A DNA stretch of 64,000 bases, taken from contig CBDCJO010000002.1 in assembly GCA_965217865.1 (NCBI GenBank), forward strand, positions 4,640,001 through 4,704,000, given 5' to 3'. The notes beneath the pieces were generated by a model. It did no database searches. It was given only the letters and a program-made list of their open reading frames with translations, and was not told where the DNA came from. Below, one piece after another: positions 49,066-59,225 of the stretch. Within the stretch, counting starts at the first letter, position 1, and each line of letters starts with the position of its first letter. The position numbers and the translations under genes were made by a program. The DNA is from Candidatus Latescibacterota bacterium (GTDB taxonomy: Bacteria; Latescibacterota; UBA2968; SICM01).

Positions 49066-50591
49066 CAGCCCGTTGAAGAACTACCTTTCAACGCACATAA
49101 ACGGAAAAGACGCCTGGAGTGCGGGTCAGATAAATCAAGGTAAGGAGATTGAGCAGGAGACGCTGATAAGAGGTTAAAAAGGTGACCGAGGGCAGCAAAC
49201 GTGATTGTAGGACGAGCAGTAGACGCTGCAAGGCCTTGGCCAGGTCCTGGAGGGCCTTCGGAGTACCTACGCCCATCACTTTGCGCATGAGCAGAGCCAG
49301 GTTGCAGCCCCCGATGTGGATCAGCAAACGCTTGAGGATATTGCCGCGGTCTCTCAAGTGCAACCTGCGCATGCCACCGGTATCATATGTGTGAGCGATG
49401 GTTCTTTCCACCCGTTCTGCACGACTTCGGCGCAAGGCCTTGCCGCGATCTCCCTTGATCCGGCGTCGATTCGCATATACCGCGGCCTGCTCATCTCGTC
49501 GGCCGTTCCACTTGCGGCGTCCCCGATCCGGTTCTGAAATGTAACTCCGGATGCCGCCTTGCTTCAGACTGGTCAATACATCGTTGCTATGATATCCTTT
49601 GTCCGCAACCACCTCCCGTATACGCTGTCTGTGCAAACGTTTGGCAGCTTTTTCGTCCTTCGCGACCTGCTTGAGATTGAGCGGCGCCTCGAGCAGCGTC
49701 CAGGGCAACGACTCGGTATCTCCTTCATCTGCTCCCGACAACGCCACTGCCACAATGGCATTGGTGTCCAGATCCACCGCGTGCTCCACCTTGTGCGCCA
49801 TGTGCGTGCGACCGTCCTTCATCTTAGCGATCTTGGCATCCGGGTCGTGCGGGTGCTCCCAGTCCTGGTTCGATCCCTTCTTCGGTCGCTTCTTATCGAT
49901 CTTGGACAAGTCCTCGCGGGTAGGCGTTTCAATGCCCGAGGCCTTGGCCAGATTCTCAAGGAATGCCTGGTAGCCTTCACCCGTGTCACGGCGTACAATG
50001 CTGCGCATCGCGGCGTTGGCCTCCAGTGTCGTAGCATCCACGCCCAACGTCTTCCCCTTCACCAGACCCGCTTTGCACAAGACCCTCAGGATCCACTTGA
50101 AAACCGCTTCGTGAACTTCCAAGGGAAGCCGATGCCGGATGCGAGACAGGCTGGAATGATCCGGGGTCTGTTCGTCAAGGGCATACCCCAAAAACCGGCG
50201 CAACGTCAGCGAGTCAGATACACGCCATTCGATCCCACGTTCCGAATCAAGTCCCTCGAAATACCCAATCAAAAGCATCCGAAAATAAACCCCGGGCGGA
50301 ATGCCCTTGCGACCCATATGAGGAGCGTAATACCGCTGGCAAAGCCCCTCGACGAACTCGTCGAAGCCGTTCGCCCCCAATACCTGATTCAGCTTCTCGT
50401 AGAACGGATGACCCGGAGATTTCACCAAAGTGTTCGATGCGATGAACAGGTTTTCCTGTCTCTGTCGTCCTCGTTTTCCCATTGCCATTTGCTCGTCCTC
50501 CCTTCTCAGTTTGAACCTGATATATCATAGGACCAAACCACAAGGAAAGACAACAGTCATCTTGGCATAAACGCACTTTTTCAACAGGCTG
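49066..50591 (-). mobile_element. IS1182/IS5-like DDE insertion sequence, copy A (1526 bp)
   Basis: Terminal IRs CAGCCCGTTGAA / TTCAACAGGCTG flanked on both sides by TTAG. Confidence 0.92.
49088..50488 (-). CDS. DDE transposase (DUF772-type N-terminus)
   Basis: SERGI, TPDHSSLSR, GVDAT, DPDA, VADKGY, R..VER. Confidence 0.92.
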   Translation of the reverse strand: MAMGKRGRQRQENLFIASNTLVKSPGHPFYEKLNQVLGANGFDEFVEGLCQRYYAPHMGRKGIPPGVYFRMLLIGYFEGLDSERGIEWRVSDSLTLRRFLGYALDEQTPDHSSLSRIRHRLPLEVHEAVFKWILRVLCKAGLVKGKTLGVDATTLEANAAMRSIVRRDTGEGYQAFLENLAKASGIETPTREDLSKIDKKRPKKGSNQDWEHPHDPDAKIAKMKDGRTHMAHKVEHAVDLDTNAIVAVALSGADEGDTESLPWTLLEAPLNLKQVAKDEKAAKRLHRQRIREVVADKGYHSNDVLTSLKQGGIRSYISEPDRGRRKWNGRRDEQAAVYANRRRIKGDRGKALRRSRAERVERTIAHTYDTGGMRRLHLRDRGNILKRLLIHIGGCNLALLMRKVMGVGTPKALQDLAKALQRLLLVLQSRLLPSVTFLTSYQRLLLNLLTLIYLTRTPGVFSVYVR

Positions 50592-50598
50592 TTAGGTT

Positions 50599-51309
50599 GT
50601 GGCGCTGATGCGAAATTTTGTTCAACTGGTGGCCAGGGTTCTGTTTCCAATTGCTAGGTTAAGGATCATCGGGCGACTGGTTGGGATTTTTTTTGAATTC
50701 GGAAATTTTGTGCTTCCCGTTAAACGGCTGGTCGACAATGATCGGGTCATCGCGTTTTATCACCCGAAACCGACTTTCCCCCATCACGTCCTGATTGTTC
50801 CGAAGAAAAGGATCCCTACTTTTATGGAACTGATTTCCGACCAAGGGATACCGTATCTGGGGTCTATTTTGATGGCAGCCCGGGACATCATCAAAGGGAA
50901 ACGGTGGGGGATGGCATGGGTTTTAGGGGTCAACGGGGGGCCCCGGCAGGATGTTGAACAGGTCCACTTTCACCTGTACAAGGGGCAGGGATCCCACAGG
51001 AATTATTCTGACCCTTTGCCACCGGACCCCCTTTTTTCAGAAGGCGGATGGTGCTTTTTTTTTCACCCGGACCCGGATTGGGATACCCATCTTCTGGTTT
51101 GCATAACCCAGGACGCTGGCTTTACATCCGGGGATTCAGGACGGATTCGTTCTATCAGAAACGTTTGGGCAAAAGTGGATAAGGTATATTCACTCACTGA
51201 GAGGGGTTATACCGTCTTCGTCCAGAGCGGGAAATCCCCGGACGGGTGCGGTTGGACCTTCCATGTTTTATCTGGTGAGGCCTTGAGGCCCCAGGTTAAA
51301 CCCGAATAA
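50599..51309 (+). CDS. HIT-like protein with variant triad and a degenerate second HIT-like half
   Basis: AFYHPKP..HVLIVPK, NGG..Q.V..VHFHLY; second FFFHPDP..HLLV..FHV. Confidence 0.7.
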   Translation: MALMRNFVQLVARVLFPIARLRIIGRLVGIFFEFGNFVLPVKRLVDNDRVIAFYHPKPTFPHHVLIVPKKRIPTFMELISDQGIPYLGSILMAARDIIKGKRWGMAWVLGVNGGPRQDVEQVHFHLYKGQGSHRNYSDPLPPDPLFSEGGWCFFFHPDPDWDTHLLVCITQDAGFTSGDSGRIRSIRNVWAKVDKVYSLTERGYTVFVQSGKSPDGCGWTFHVLSGEALRPQVKPE

Positions 51310-51440
51310 GCACTCGGCTCGGAACCGGATTATCGCCTTCCCAAAGATTCGGTTCACCCCGGAACCCCTGGAAGATGCCAATCGTTCAAACAGCAAGCGC
51401 ACGATTTCCTTCAATGCTGAATTCTACAGAGGGATATGGA

Positions 51441-51890
51441 ATGCGATTTTTTTGGACCTTATTCGGTCTCGTGTTGCTGGCCGGATGCGCTTCCCGGCCA
51501 CCGGTCATACACAAATTCAAAAGTTTCGAGGACTATCCCGTACCGGATCAAAGGGTATGGGAGGTCGTTGTTCAGCTATTCGACGAATTTGAGTGGCCTA
51601 TAGAAAAGAATGAGGAGACCCGCGGGATCATCGCTTCCGAATGGGTGAGGGACGATCTGGGGGGAGGAGACTATGGACAATCGGGTTTTTCTTCCGTCAT
51701 CCTGAGTGACACCAAACAGATGGTGGTCAACATCAAGGTGAAAATGCAATCGGAGAACCTCACCCGGGTCAGGGTTCACTGCTTTTTTCGTGTGAAATGG
51801 TCCGATGGTAATCGCGAGGCGTGGGGGACTGGCACGTCTCGAGGCGTTGTTGAGAAAAAGATACTCGATTCAATCCACAAAAGGTTTTGA
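51441..51890 (+). CDS. Lipoprotein of unknown function
   Basis: LLAGC lipobox. Confidence 0.7.
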   Translation: MRFFWTLFGLVLLAGCASRPPVIHKFKSFEDYPVPDQRVWEVVVQLFDEFEWPIEKNEETRGIIASEWVRDDLGGGDYGQSGFSSVILSDTKQMVVNIKVKMQSENLTRVRVHCFFRVKWSDGNREAWGTGTSRGVVEKKILDSIHKRF

Positions 51891-51907
51891 GTCCAAAGGA
51901 GTCTCTC

Positions 51908-52327
51908 ATGTTATCCCTGACGCATCCAATTGTCGACATTGCGATCACACCCAGTCGCTTTGAAGCATCTCTGCACTTCTACCATGAATGTCTGGGCCTG
52001 GATATTGTAATGGATCTTAAAATTCCGGAGGATGTGGCAAAAGAGGCCGGGTTGGCCCCCGGATCCTTCCGACAGGTACGCTTAAAAGCTGGGAACACGT
52101 TGATCAAACTGATGGACATCGATTCGCCGCCGCCGAAGCCGGAAGAGGGTTTCAGGGCAGGGGTAAGATGGTTGACATTTTTCGTCGCGAATATCGAGGA
52201 GACAATAGAATTGTTGGAACGGAATGGATTAAAGTTTCTTTCAGACCCAGTAAAGGCCCCCGATGTTGCCGGCGTAGCCTGTGTTCGAGACCCCGACGGG
52301 ATTTTAATCGAGTTTGTTCAGCTTTGA
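51908..52327 (+). CDS. VOC/glyoxalase family protein
   Basis: SLHFYHECLGL...RDPDGILIEF. Confidence 0.85.
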   Translation: MLSLTHPIVDIAITPSRFEASLHFYHECLGLDIVMDLKIPEDVAKEAGLAPGSFRQVRLKAGNTLIKLMDIDSPPPKPEEGFRAGVRWLTFFVANIEETIELLERNGLKFLSDPVKAPDVAGVACVRDPDGILIEFVQL

Positions 52328-52354
52328 TAAAACTGAACCGCCGTGGGAGGCTAG

Positions 52355-53880
52355 CAGCCTGTTGAAAAAGTGCGTTTATGCCAAGATGACTGTTGTCTTT
52401 CCTTGTGGTTTGGTCCTATGATATATCAGGTTCAAACTGAGAAGGGAGGACGAGCAAATGGCAATGGGAAAACGAGGACGACAGAGACAGGAAAACCTGT
52501 TCATCGCATCGAACACTTTGGTGAAATCTCCGGGTCATCCGTTCTACGAGAAGCTGAATCAGGTATTGGGGGCGAACGGCTTCGACGAGTTCGTCGAGGG
52601 GCTTTGCCAGCGGTATTACGCTCCTCATATGGGTCGCAAGGGCATTCCGCCCGGGGTTTATTTTCGGATGCTTTTGATTGGGTATTTCGAGGGACTTGAT
52701 TCGGAACGTGGGATCGAATGGCGTGTATCTGACTCGCTGACGTTGCGCCGGTTTTTGGGGTATGCCCTTGACGAACAGACCCCGGATCATTCCAGCCTGT
52801 CTCGCATCCGGCATCGGCTTCCCTTGGAAGTTCACGAAGCGGTTTTCAAGTGGATCCTGAGGGTCTTGTGCAAAGCGGGTCTGGTGAAGGGGAAGACGTT
52901 GGGCGTGGATGCTACGACACTGGAGGCCAACGCCGCGATGCGCAGCATTGTACGCCGTGACACGGGTGAAGGCTACCAGGCATTCCTTGAGAATCTGGCC
53001 AAGGCCTCGGGCATTGAAACGCCTACCCGCGAGGACTTGTCCAAGATCGATAAGAAGCGACCGAAGAAGGGATCGAACCAGGACTGGGAGCACCCGCACG
53101 ACCCGGATGCCAAGATCGCTAAGATGAAGGACGGTCGCACGCACATGGCGCACAAGGTGGAGCACGCGGTGGATCTGGACACCAATGCCATTGTGGCAGT
53201 GGCGTTGTCGGGAGCAGATGAAGGAGATACCGAGTCGTTGCCCTGGACGCTGCTCGAGGCGCAGCTCAATCTCAAGCAGGTCGCGAAGGACGAAAAAGCT
53301 GCCAAACGTTTGCACAGACAGCGTATACGGGAGGTGGTTGCGGACAAAGGATATCATAGCAACGATGTATTGACCAGTCTGAAGCAAGGCGGCATCCGGA
53401 GTTACATTTCAGAACCGGATCGGGGACGCCGCAAGTGGAACGGCCGACGAGATGAGCAGGCCGCGGTATATGCGAATCGACGCCGGATCAAGGGAGATCG
53501 CGGCAAGGCCTTGCGCCGAAGTCGTGCAGAACGGGTGGAAAGAACCATCGCTCACACATATGATACCGGTGGCATGCGCAGGTTGCACTTGAGAGACCGC
53601 GGCAATATCCTCAAGCGTTTGCTGATCCACATCGGGGGCTGCAACCTGGCTCTGCTCATGCGCAAAGTGATGGGCGTAGGTACTCCGAAGGCCCTCCAGG
53701 ACCTGGCCAAGGCCTTGCAGCGTCTACTGCTCGTCCTACAATCACGTTTGCTGCCCTCGGTCACCTTTTTAACCTCTTATCAGCGTCTCCTGCTCAATCT
53801 CCTTACCTTGATTTATCTGACCCGCACTCCAGGCGTCTTTTCCGTTTATGTGCGTTGAAAGGTAGTTCTTCAACGGGCTG
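52355..53880 (+). mobile_element. IS1182/IS5-like DDE insertion sequence, copy B (1526 bp), inverted relative to copy A
   Basis: Terminal IRs CAGCCTGTTGAA / TTCAACGGGCTG flanked on both sides by CTAG. Confidence 0.92.
52458..53858 (+). CDS. DDE transposase, copy B
   Basis: Identical to copy A except EAQLN vs EAPLN. Confidence 0.92.
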   Translation: MAMGKRGRQRQENLFIASNTLVKSPGHPFYEKLNQVLGANGFDEFVEGLCQRYYAPHMGRKGIPPGVYFRMLLIGYFEGLDSERGIEWRVSDSLTLRRFLGYALDEQTPDHSSLSRIRHRLPLEVHEAVFKWILRVLCKAGLVKGKTLGVDATTLEANAAMRSIVRRDTGEGYQAFLENLAKASGIETPTREDLSKIDKKRPKKGSNQDWEHPHDPDAKIAKMKDGRTHMAHKVEHAVDLDTNAIVAVALSGADEGDTESLPWTLLEAQLNLKQVAKDEKAAKRLHRQRIREVVADKGYHSNDVLTSLKQGGIRSYISEPDRGRRKWNGRRDEQAAVYANRRRIKGDRGKALRRSRAERVERTIAHTYDTGGMRRLHLRDRGNILKRLLIHIGGCNLALLMRKVMGVGTPKALQDLAKALQRLLLVLQSRLLPSVTFLTSYQRLLLNLLTLIYLTRTPGVFSVYVR

Positions 53881-53901
53881 CTAGGGAGCGGCCGGATGTT
53901 T

Positions 53902-54771
53902 TTAACCGAACCCGACGATCAAGGCTATTCCGGCAAACATGACAAGGGAGGCGAACAACCGGGAGGGGCCGTAGGGTTCGCGCAGCAGGAAACTCCCCAT
54001 GACCACCCCGAAAACGATACTCAACTGGCGTATCGCGGTGACGTAACCGACACGTTCGATTCGGAGGGCTTCCAGGGCCAGGAGGTAGCCCAGGAGGGAA
54101 ACGGCGCCGGCCAGGACTATGGCCACTCGGTGGGTTCGCCATTCGGCCAGGATCCGTCCCCGGCGGGAACGGCAGATGTATGGAATGTAGAGAAGGAAGC
54201 TGAGGGCCGAAAAGATATAAAGATAGAGAAAGGGCTCGACCTGTTCCACACCACGATCATCGATGAGTGAATAAGCGGCCACAAGAATCGTGGTTGCCCA
54301 GGCCATTCGGATAGAACGATCGTGCGCTACGGCCAATACGGGCGCAGCGATCTGCTTCCAGGTGAGCCCTCTCAACTGCAGGACATATGCGCCGAGTACG
54401 ACCGTAAATATCCCGATTTTCCCCAAAGAGCTCATGGGATCCCCCCAGACCAGAGATGCCCATAGGAGGATGAAGATCGGGGCGGACCGGGCGATGGGGT
54501 AGACCAGGGACAGGTCTCCCTGGTCATAAGCTTCGGCGAGCGTATAGTAGTAGAGGACGTGTACTGCACCGCTGGCCAGGATGAAGGCCCAACCTGCGGG
54601 AGGGATTTCCATATCCAGGTTTAGGAGAAAGATCGGGAAGAAGAGGACCAGGGCGATCAGACGGTACCAGTAGATGAAGAGCTGTTTGTCGCCTCCCTTT
54701 TTTGTCAGGTACTCCCGGAACGCGTGGAGCATGGCGGAAGCGAGTATCAGGGTTACGGCAAAACGGTCCAA
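53902..54771 (-). CDS. EamA/DMT family transporter
   Basis: AY..GDLSLVYPIARSAP, YSLIDD, about 10 TM segments. Confidence 0.88.
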   Translation of the reverse strand: MDRFAVTLILASAMLHAFREYLTKKGGDKQLFIYWYRLIALVLFFPIFLLNLDMEIPPAGWAFILASGAVHVLYYYTLAEAYDQGDLSLVYPIARSAPIFILLWASLVWGDPMSSLGKIGIFTVVLGAYVLQLRGLTWKQIAAPVLAVAHDRSIRMAWATTILVAAYSLIDDRGVEQVEPFLYLYIFSALSFLLYIPYICRSRRGRILAEWRTHRVAIVLAGAVSLLGYLLALEALRIERVGYVTAIRQLSIVFGVVMGSFLLREPYGPSRLFASLVMFAGIALIVGFG

Positions 54772-54836
54772 GGTTTCCTGCCTTCTTCCGTCGTGATGCT
54801 AAGCGTTTGGGAAGGATCCTAACGGGAGCGTGTTCC

Positions 54837-55522
54837 TTATGGACCATCCATCGGTATAACATAGATCTGCCACGTGCCGGACTGTCCGGAGTTATAGAGG
54901 ACATACCTGCCATCCCAACTCAAGGTCGCGTGAGGATCCGTCCTCATCCCCTCCTCCACCTCTGGCCCCGCCACGAGTTTTTCCACCTTGCCCGTTCCCG
55001 CATCCATCAGATAGAGTCCTCCGGGTCCGTTGGTTATGATTTTGGATCCATCCGGACTGAAAATGGGGTGTCCCCCGAACTTCGATTCCGAAATCATCCG
55101 TTTGTGGCGACCGTCCGCATCGATCAGGTAGACCCGGTTGCCCTCCCGATCGGGGGGTTGGCCGGCGAACAACACGCGCTTTCCGTCGGGATGCCAGGAA
55201 TGGTGGTGCCATCCGGGATCTGAAACAAGACAGGTAAGGCCGGAACCGTCCGCGTGAGTGACCCAGAGGTCCTTGAAGGCTGCCCCGCCGTATGTGCCTC
55301 TGATCCGCATGAGGATCTTCGAGCCATCGGGGCTCCAATTGAAGTTACAGAGGCCTCCGCGGAACTGTAAACAATTTCTCGGGTTACGGGATTCCACGGA
55401 CAACAATCGTAGTAGGCGAGAATGTTGTGAGACACCCCCCCGTGATCTTCTGCGTGGGTCATTTGCCATGAGATCCTGCCGGTTTCCGGGCAGGTCAAAA
55501 CGGTCTTTCCGTGACCTTGCAT
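54837..55522 (-). pseudogene. Oligogalacturonate-lyase/TolB-like beta-propeller, frameshifted or internally deleted
   Basis: N-terminal TCPETGR..WQMT..YYDCCPWNP in one frame; WSPDG/WHPDG/FSPDG/DPH..SWDG repeats in another; junction near 55350. Confidence 0.65.
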
Positions 55523-55546
55523 TTTATCCTCTGTGGAAGGGAAACT

Positions 55547-56629
55547 TCAGCCCCCCCGCTTGACACGGCGTTCGAAAGCCCGAATTTCCCGTCCTCCCTC
55601 GAGAACCCCGATCTCCATGTGGAACTCTCGGACTTCACCCGGTTTGATGTACTGAAGGGTTTTATTTTTTCGGTTCCATGCACGGCCCAGCACGCTGCAA
55701 TTCCCCGGTTCGATTCCCATTACATAGGTTCCGCGGTGGAAGTGCTGCCACTGATTGACGATGGGGATCTCCCTGCAGGGAAATTTCCAGTAGATCCCCA
55801 TCTGCAGCCGATCGTTGATCAGGCCGAGGTTGACGTCCCCACCGGCGTCGGGGATGGGGCGATGTACATAGACATCGTCGTGCGCTTTTTTCTGAGGCCC
55901 CCTGGCGACTTCATAGTCTTCGGGTCCGACCTCCCGGTCTCCCTTCCACTCAGTTGTCTTCCGGCTGTTGATCACCAGTCGTGTGCCCGCATCCAGGATG
56001 GGAAACCCCGGGTTGGTGTGGTAGGCTAACATCAATGGGGAAGGATCAACGCTGAGGTTTTCGATCCGATCGTAAATTCGAAGCCGTTTTTCGCCCAGGA
56101 CGGTGGAAATCTCACGGGTTAGCTCCAGATTCGTGCCGAAGATGACGGCCTCGCGCATCTTGCCTCCCACCTTCACCACATAGTCCTCCCCTTCCCACAA
56201 GCTTTCCGCCACGACCTCCTTGGCTGGGATAAAAGATATCCGGCCGTGGAGGCCGAGTTCCTGGTTTTCCTCCTCCGGATCCACCTCAGGGTGTCCGCAG
56301 AATGTCAACCCGCAGCTGACAACCAGGCCCCCGTAAAAACCCCTGGCCCAACCCCAGCCCTCCGGCTCATAGAAGGCCGGGCCCACATCTCCGGTGTTGC
56401 TGCGAAAACAGAGGGAATGCCCTCGATAGTGGGCGGATGCGATATCAAGGGCCCGTCCGGGGAGGATGGAAAAACAGAGTCCAGAGGCATTGAAGACCTC
56501 GATCAGATCCGCCCCACGTTCATTTCCTTCCACCAGCTCCGCCCGGCGAGCTCCGGCTAACTGGGACATGTCCCCGACAAGGTCCAATAGTCGTTTTTTA
56601 TCGTAATTCCGTCCGAAAAGCCTTGGCAT
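55547..56629 (-). CDS. Aldose-1-epimerase-like protein (DUF4432)
   Basis: ILPGRALDI, CGL...G, LHGRIS, YHTNPG, GIEPG; AGGAGG RBS. Confidence 0.85.
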   Translation of the reverse strand: MPRLFGRNYDKKRLLDLVGDMSQLAGARRAELVEGNERGADLIEVFNASGLCFSILPGRALDIASAHYRGHSLCFRSNTGDVGPAFYEPEGWGWARGFYGGLVVSCGLTFCGHPEVDPEEENQELGLHGRISFIPAKEVVAESLWEGEDYVVKVGGKMREAVIFGTNLELTREISTVLGEKRLRIYDRIENLSVDPSPLMLAYHTNPGFPILDAGTRLVINSRKTTEWKGDREVGPEDYEVARGPQKKAHDDVYVHRPIPDAGGDVNLGLINDRLQMGIYWKFPCREIPIVNQWQHFHRGTYVMGIEPGNCSVLGRAWNRKNKTLQYIKPGEVREFHMEIGVLEGGREIRAFERRVKRGG

Positions 56630-56707
56630 GGGTGCCTCCTTTTAAAAAGCTTCCTTCTTGGATCGTTGGGATCTTTCGACCTGTTGCAGCGTTTCCCCTC
56701 AATTAGT

Positions 56708-56860
56708 TTAAGAGGCAGTCAAAATTTCTTTACGCATAAGTGACAAAATTTTCCCGGTCTTCCCCGAATCGAAGAGTCTAAAAGCTTCCGGAGCTCGGTC
56801 GATCGTGACGCCTTCATATTCTCTCCAGTTGAAGTGGATGAACCAAACATCTGATTTTAA
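56708..56860 (-). pseudogene. Possible C-terminal remnant of a zinc-dependent alcohol dehydrogenase
   Basis: HFNWREYE...APEAFRLFDSGKTGKI resembles MDR C-termini; no N-terminal part is present. Confidence 0.4.
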
Positions 56861-56889
56861 ATAAATCGTTTTGTCACCACTCTCAACTT

Positions 56890-57639
56890 TTAGAAAAGGT
56901 AGCCCGCCAAGAGAGGGGGGAGGATCATCATGGCTGCGTTGTCCCATCCGCACGGGGTGATCCCTTCGATCAGGGCACAGAGAATTCCCAGCAGAGGAAC
57001 CGTGAGGAACGATGTCGCAGAGAATTCTATTGTCGACAAGGAAAAAACCCCTATCGAGATCGCACCCACACACGCGAGAAACACACCAACGGAACCCTCG
57101 TAGCTTCGCGTGGAATGAGCTCCGCTGACCGAGAAGACCTTATAGGTATGTTTCCCAAACCTTGTTCCAACGGGTTCACCGACCGCGTCGCCAAGACCGG
57201 TCACAAGATAACCGATCACGGCCATCTGACCTAAAATGATGTTGCTGGCCAGCCCGCCGATCAGGGTTGCGAAATAAGGCGCAACGATATAGTACGTTCG
57301 ATGAGGAGCGTCCTTTTCCCTGGCGATCGCCTCATAGAAAAAGTTTCCGGGACCTCGCACGACAGCATAAAAGATGACCAGTGTGGTCATCCCACCGAAA
57401 AGGCAGACCCAGGCGGTTCCACCTGCAAGGTGGAGGGTCGCGACGCTTGAAAAAATCAGGATATGGAAGACTTTTCGGGTATAGCCGGTCTTCAGCCCTT
57501 TCCGCTTTTTGAGCCATCCGGAGATGAACAAACAGAGGGTTGCCCACAAAAGCCCCAGTGGACCGCCTATTACAATGGCGTCCCACGTCGGCATGTTATC
57601 TATGAAAAAAGAGATGGACCTTTCTGTGAATAAATCCAT
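56890..57639 (-). CDS. Dolichol/phytol kinase-like (CTP-dependent) membrane protein
   Basis: TRKVFH, GLGDAVGEPVG..FG, RSYEGS, WDN. Confidence 0.8.
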   Translation of the reverse strand: MDLFTERSISFFIDNMPTWDAIVIGGPLGLLWATLCLFISGWLKKRKGLKTGYTRKVFHILIFSSVATLHLAGGTAWVCLFGGMTTLVIFYAVVRGPGNFFYEAIAREKDAPHRTYYIVAPYFATLIGGLASNIILGQMAVIGYLVTGLGDAVGEPVGTRFGKHTYKVFSVSGAHSTRSYEGSVGVFLACVGAISIGVFSLSTIEFSATSFLTVPLLGILCALIEGITPCGWDNAAMMILPPLLAGYLF

Positions 57640-57738
57640 AGCCTGGTCCAGGGATCGGATTCAGGGTTTCTGTTTTCATCGATCTCCTCCTCGCGGAGAG
57701 ATGGGAACTGAAAATTGGAGGACGAGGAAGATGACGGA

Positions 57739-58242
57739 TCAACCCGGCTTCCGATCTATCAACGTTCGGAGCTCGAGGTAGTATTCAAGTTTTCGATCTC
57801 GAGGGATGGGAAGGGCCCGACTGGTGGAAGGGGCGAGGTAAACAGGTACCCCGCTGAGGCCCTCTTCCTGAAGTCCATAGGTACACGGCCGGTTGAGGAT
57901 TACCCCATAGCCGCTCTTACCGTTGAAACAGACGATCCGCGGAAGAGCCTCCCGGATCTTTTCTTTGAGAGCTTGGAAGTTCGTCCGGAATTCTCCCGGG
58001 GATAGGTCTCCGACACCGGGCGTGGATCGTTTGACCATGTCTGTGAGTCCTAGATTGTAGTTGAGAATCAGGGCGTCTTCTTCGGGTTTGAGCCTGCGGT
58101 CTGTGAACCCCGATTCAAAAAGGAAAGGCCAAAACTGGTTTCCCCTTCCGGCATAGTAATGGCCCAGAAGGGCTGACCGGGTCCCGGGATTCAACCCGAC
58201 AAAGACGACATCGAGCCCGGATTTGAGGTAATCGGGGAGCAA
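57739..58242 (-). CDS. mug: Mismatch-specific uracil/thymine DNA glycosylase (start uncertain)
   Basis: LPDYL..LDVVFVGLNPG, HYYAGRGNQFW, LAPSTS. Confidence 0.88.
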   Translation of the reverse strand: MLPDYLKSGLDVVFVGLNPGTRSALLGHYYAGRGNQFWPFLFESGFTDRRLKPEEDALILNYNLGLTDMVKRSTPGVGDLSPGEFRTNFQALKEKIREALPRIVCFNGKSGYGVILNRPCTYGLQEEGLSGVPVYLAPSTSRALPIPRDRKLEYYLELRTLIDRKPG

Positions 58243-58427
58243 TGAACGATCGAAGTGTGGTATCTGTTGGAGGGGATGACTACGGGATTCGCTGCTGTCG
58301 TTTCTTAACCTTGTGCGGGGTTTCACGATCCGGTTGCCCGTAAAATACACCCGCAAATCGCCTGTGTCAATTGACTTTTCCAGTTGATATTACTAAATTT
58401 ATTCGAACTGATCGGATCAACGACTCG

Positions 58428-59171
58428 ATGGGCAATCCCGTAAAACAAAAAGAAGCGTTGGGGACACTGTTTGCGGTGGCCACCCCGATTGGAAATCTCG
58501 AGGATATCACTTATCGTGCTGTTCGCACGTTGAGCCAAGTCGATGCCTTAGCCTGTGAGGATACCCGTTATACACGAAGGATCTTTGAGAGATACCGGAT
58601 CTCCAAACCCGGGAAGGTATTCTCGTATCACGAGCATAACGAAGAAAGAGCCGGCACGCGGATCGTTGGTTTGTTGAGGGATGGTCGTTCGGTGGCGCTG
58701 TGTACGGACAGCGGATTTCCCGGCATTAGCGATCCCGGCTACCGCATCATATCGAAGTGTCTCGATGCCGGAATTCCCGTGGAGGTCATCCCCGGAGGGG
58801 GGGCGGTTTCCGCTGCTCTCCTGAACTCCGGCTTGCCAACATCGAGTTATACCTTCAAAGGATTTCCCCCGAGGAAACCCGGTCCCCAAATCAGGTTTCT
58901 GGAGATGGAGCAAGACATGCCCCACACGATGGTGTTGTTTGAGTCGCCTCATCGTGTCGGGAGATTATTGAGGAATGCGCTTGATGTGCTGGGAAATAGA
59001 AAAGCGGCCGTCTGCATCGAAATGACGAAGAAATTCGAAGAGATTCACAGAGGGTTCCTCGGAGAGCTTTCGGATCGATTTCGAGACACCAAGATCAGGG
59101 GAGAGGTGACGGTGGTCATCGCCGGAAAACACCCCAAATTTATTAAACAGGATGAACCTGATGTTTCTTAG
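58428..59171 (+). CDS. rsmI: 16S rRNA C1402 2'-O-methyltransferase
   Basis: VATPIGNLEDIT.RA, CEDTR, ISDPG, FESPHR, EMTKKFEE. Confidence 0.94.
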   Translation: MGNPVKQKEALGTLFAVATPIGNLEDITYRAVRTLSQVDALACEDTRYTRRIFERYRISKPGKVFSYHEHNEERAGTRIVGLLRDGRSVALCTDSGFPGISDPGYRIISKCLDAGIPVEVIPGGGAVSAALLNSGLPTSSYTFKGFPPRKPGPQIRFLEMEQDMPHTMVLFESPHRVGRLLRNALDVLGNRKAAVCIEMTKKFEEIHRGFLGELSDRFRDTKIRGEVTVVIAGKHPKFIKQDEPDVS

Positions 59172-59225
59172 TGGAAAAAGGAGGCCTTTCGGAGTTCGGT
59201 TTTTGTTGGGCTCTTTGGGATTTTC

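Noticed and set aside
49559-50530. 323-aa ORF antisense to the transposase (and its twin at 52416-53387)
   Set aside because: Shadow ORF; it is duplicated only because the IS is duplicated and has no recognisable motifs.
49066-53880. Composite transposon that arrived as one unit
   Set aside because: The outer flanks differ (TTAG vs CTAG) and each IS has its own duplication, which indicates separate insertions.
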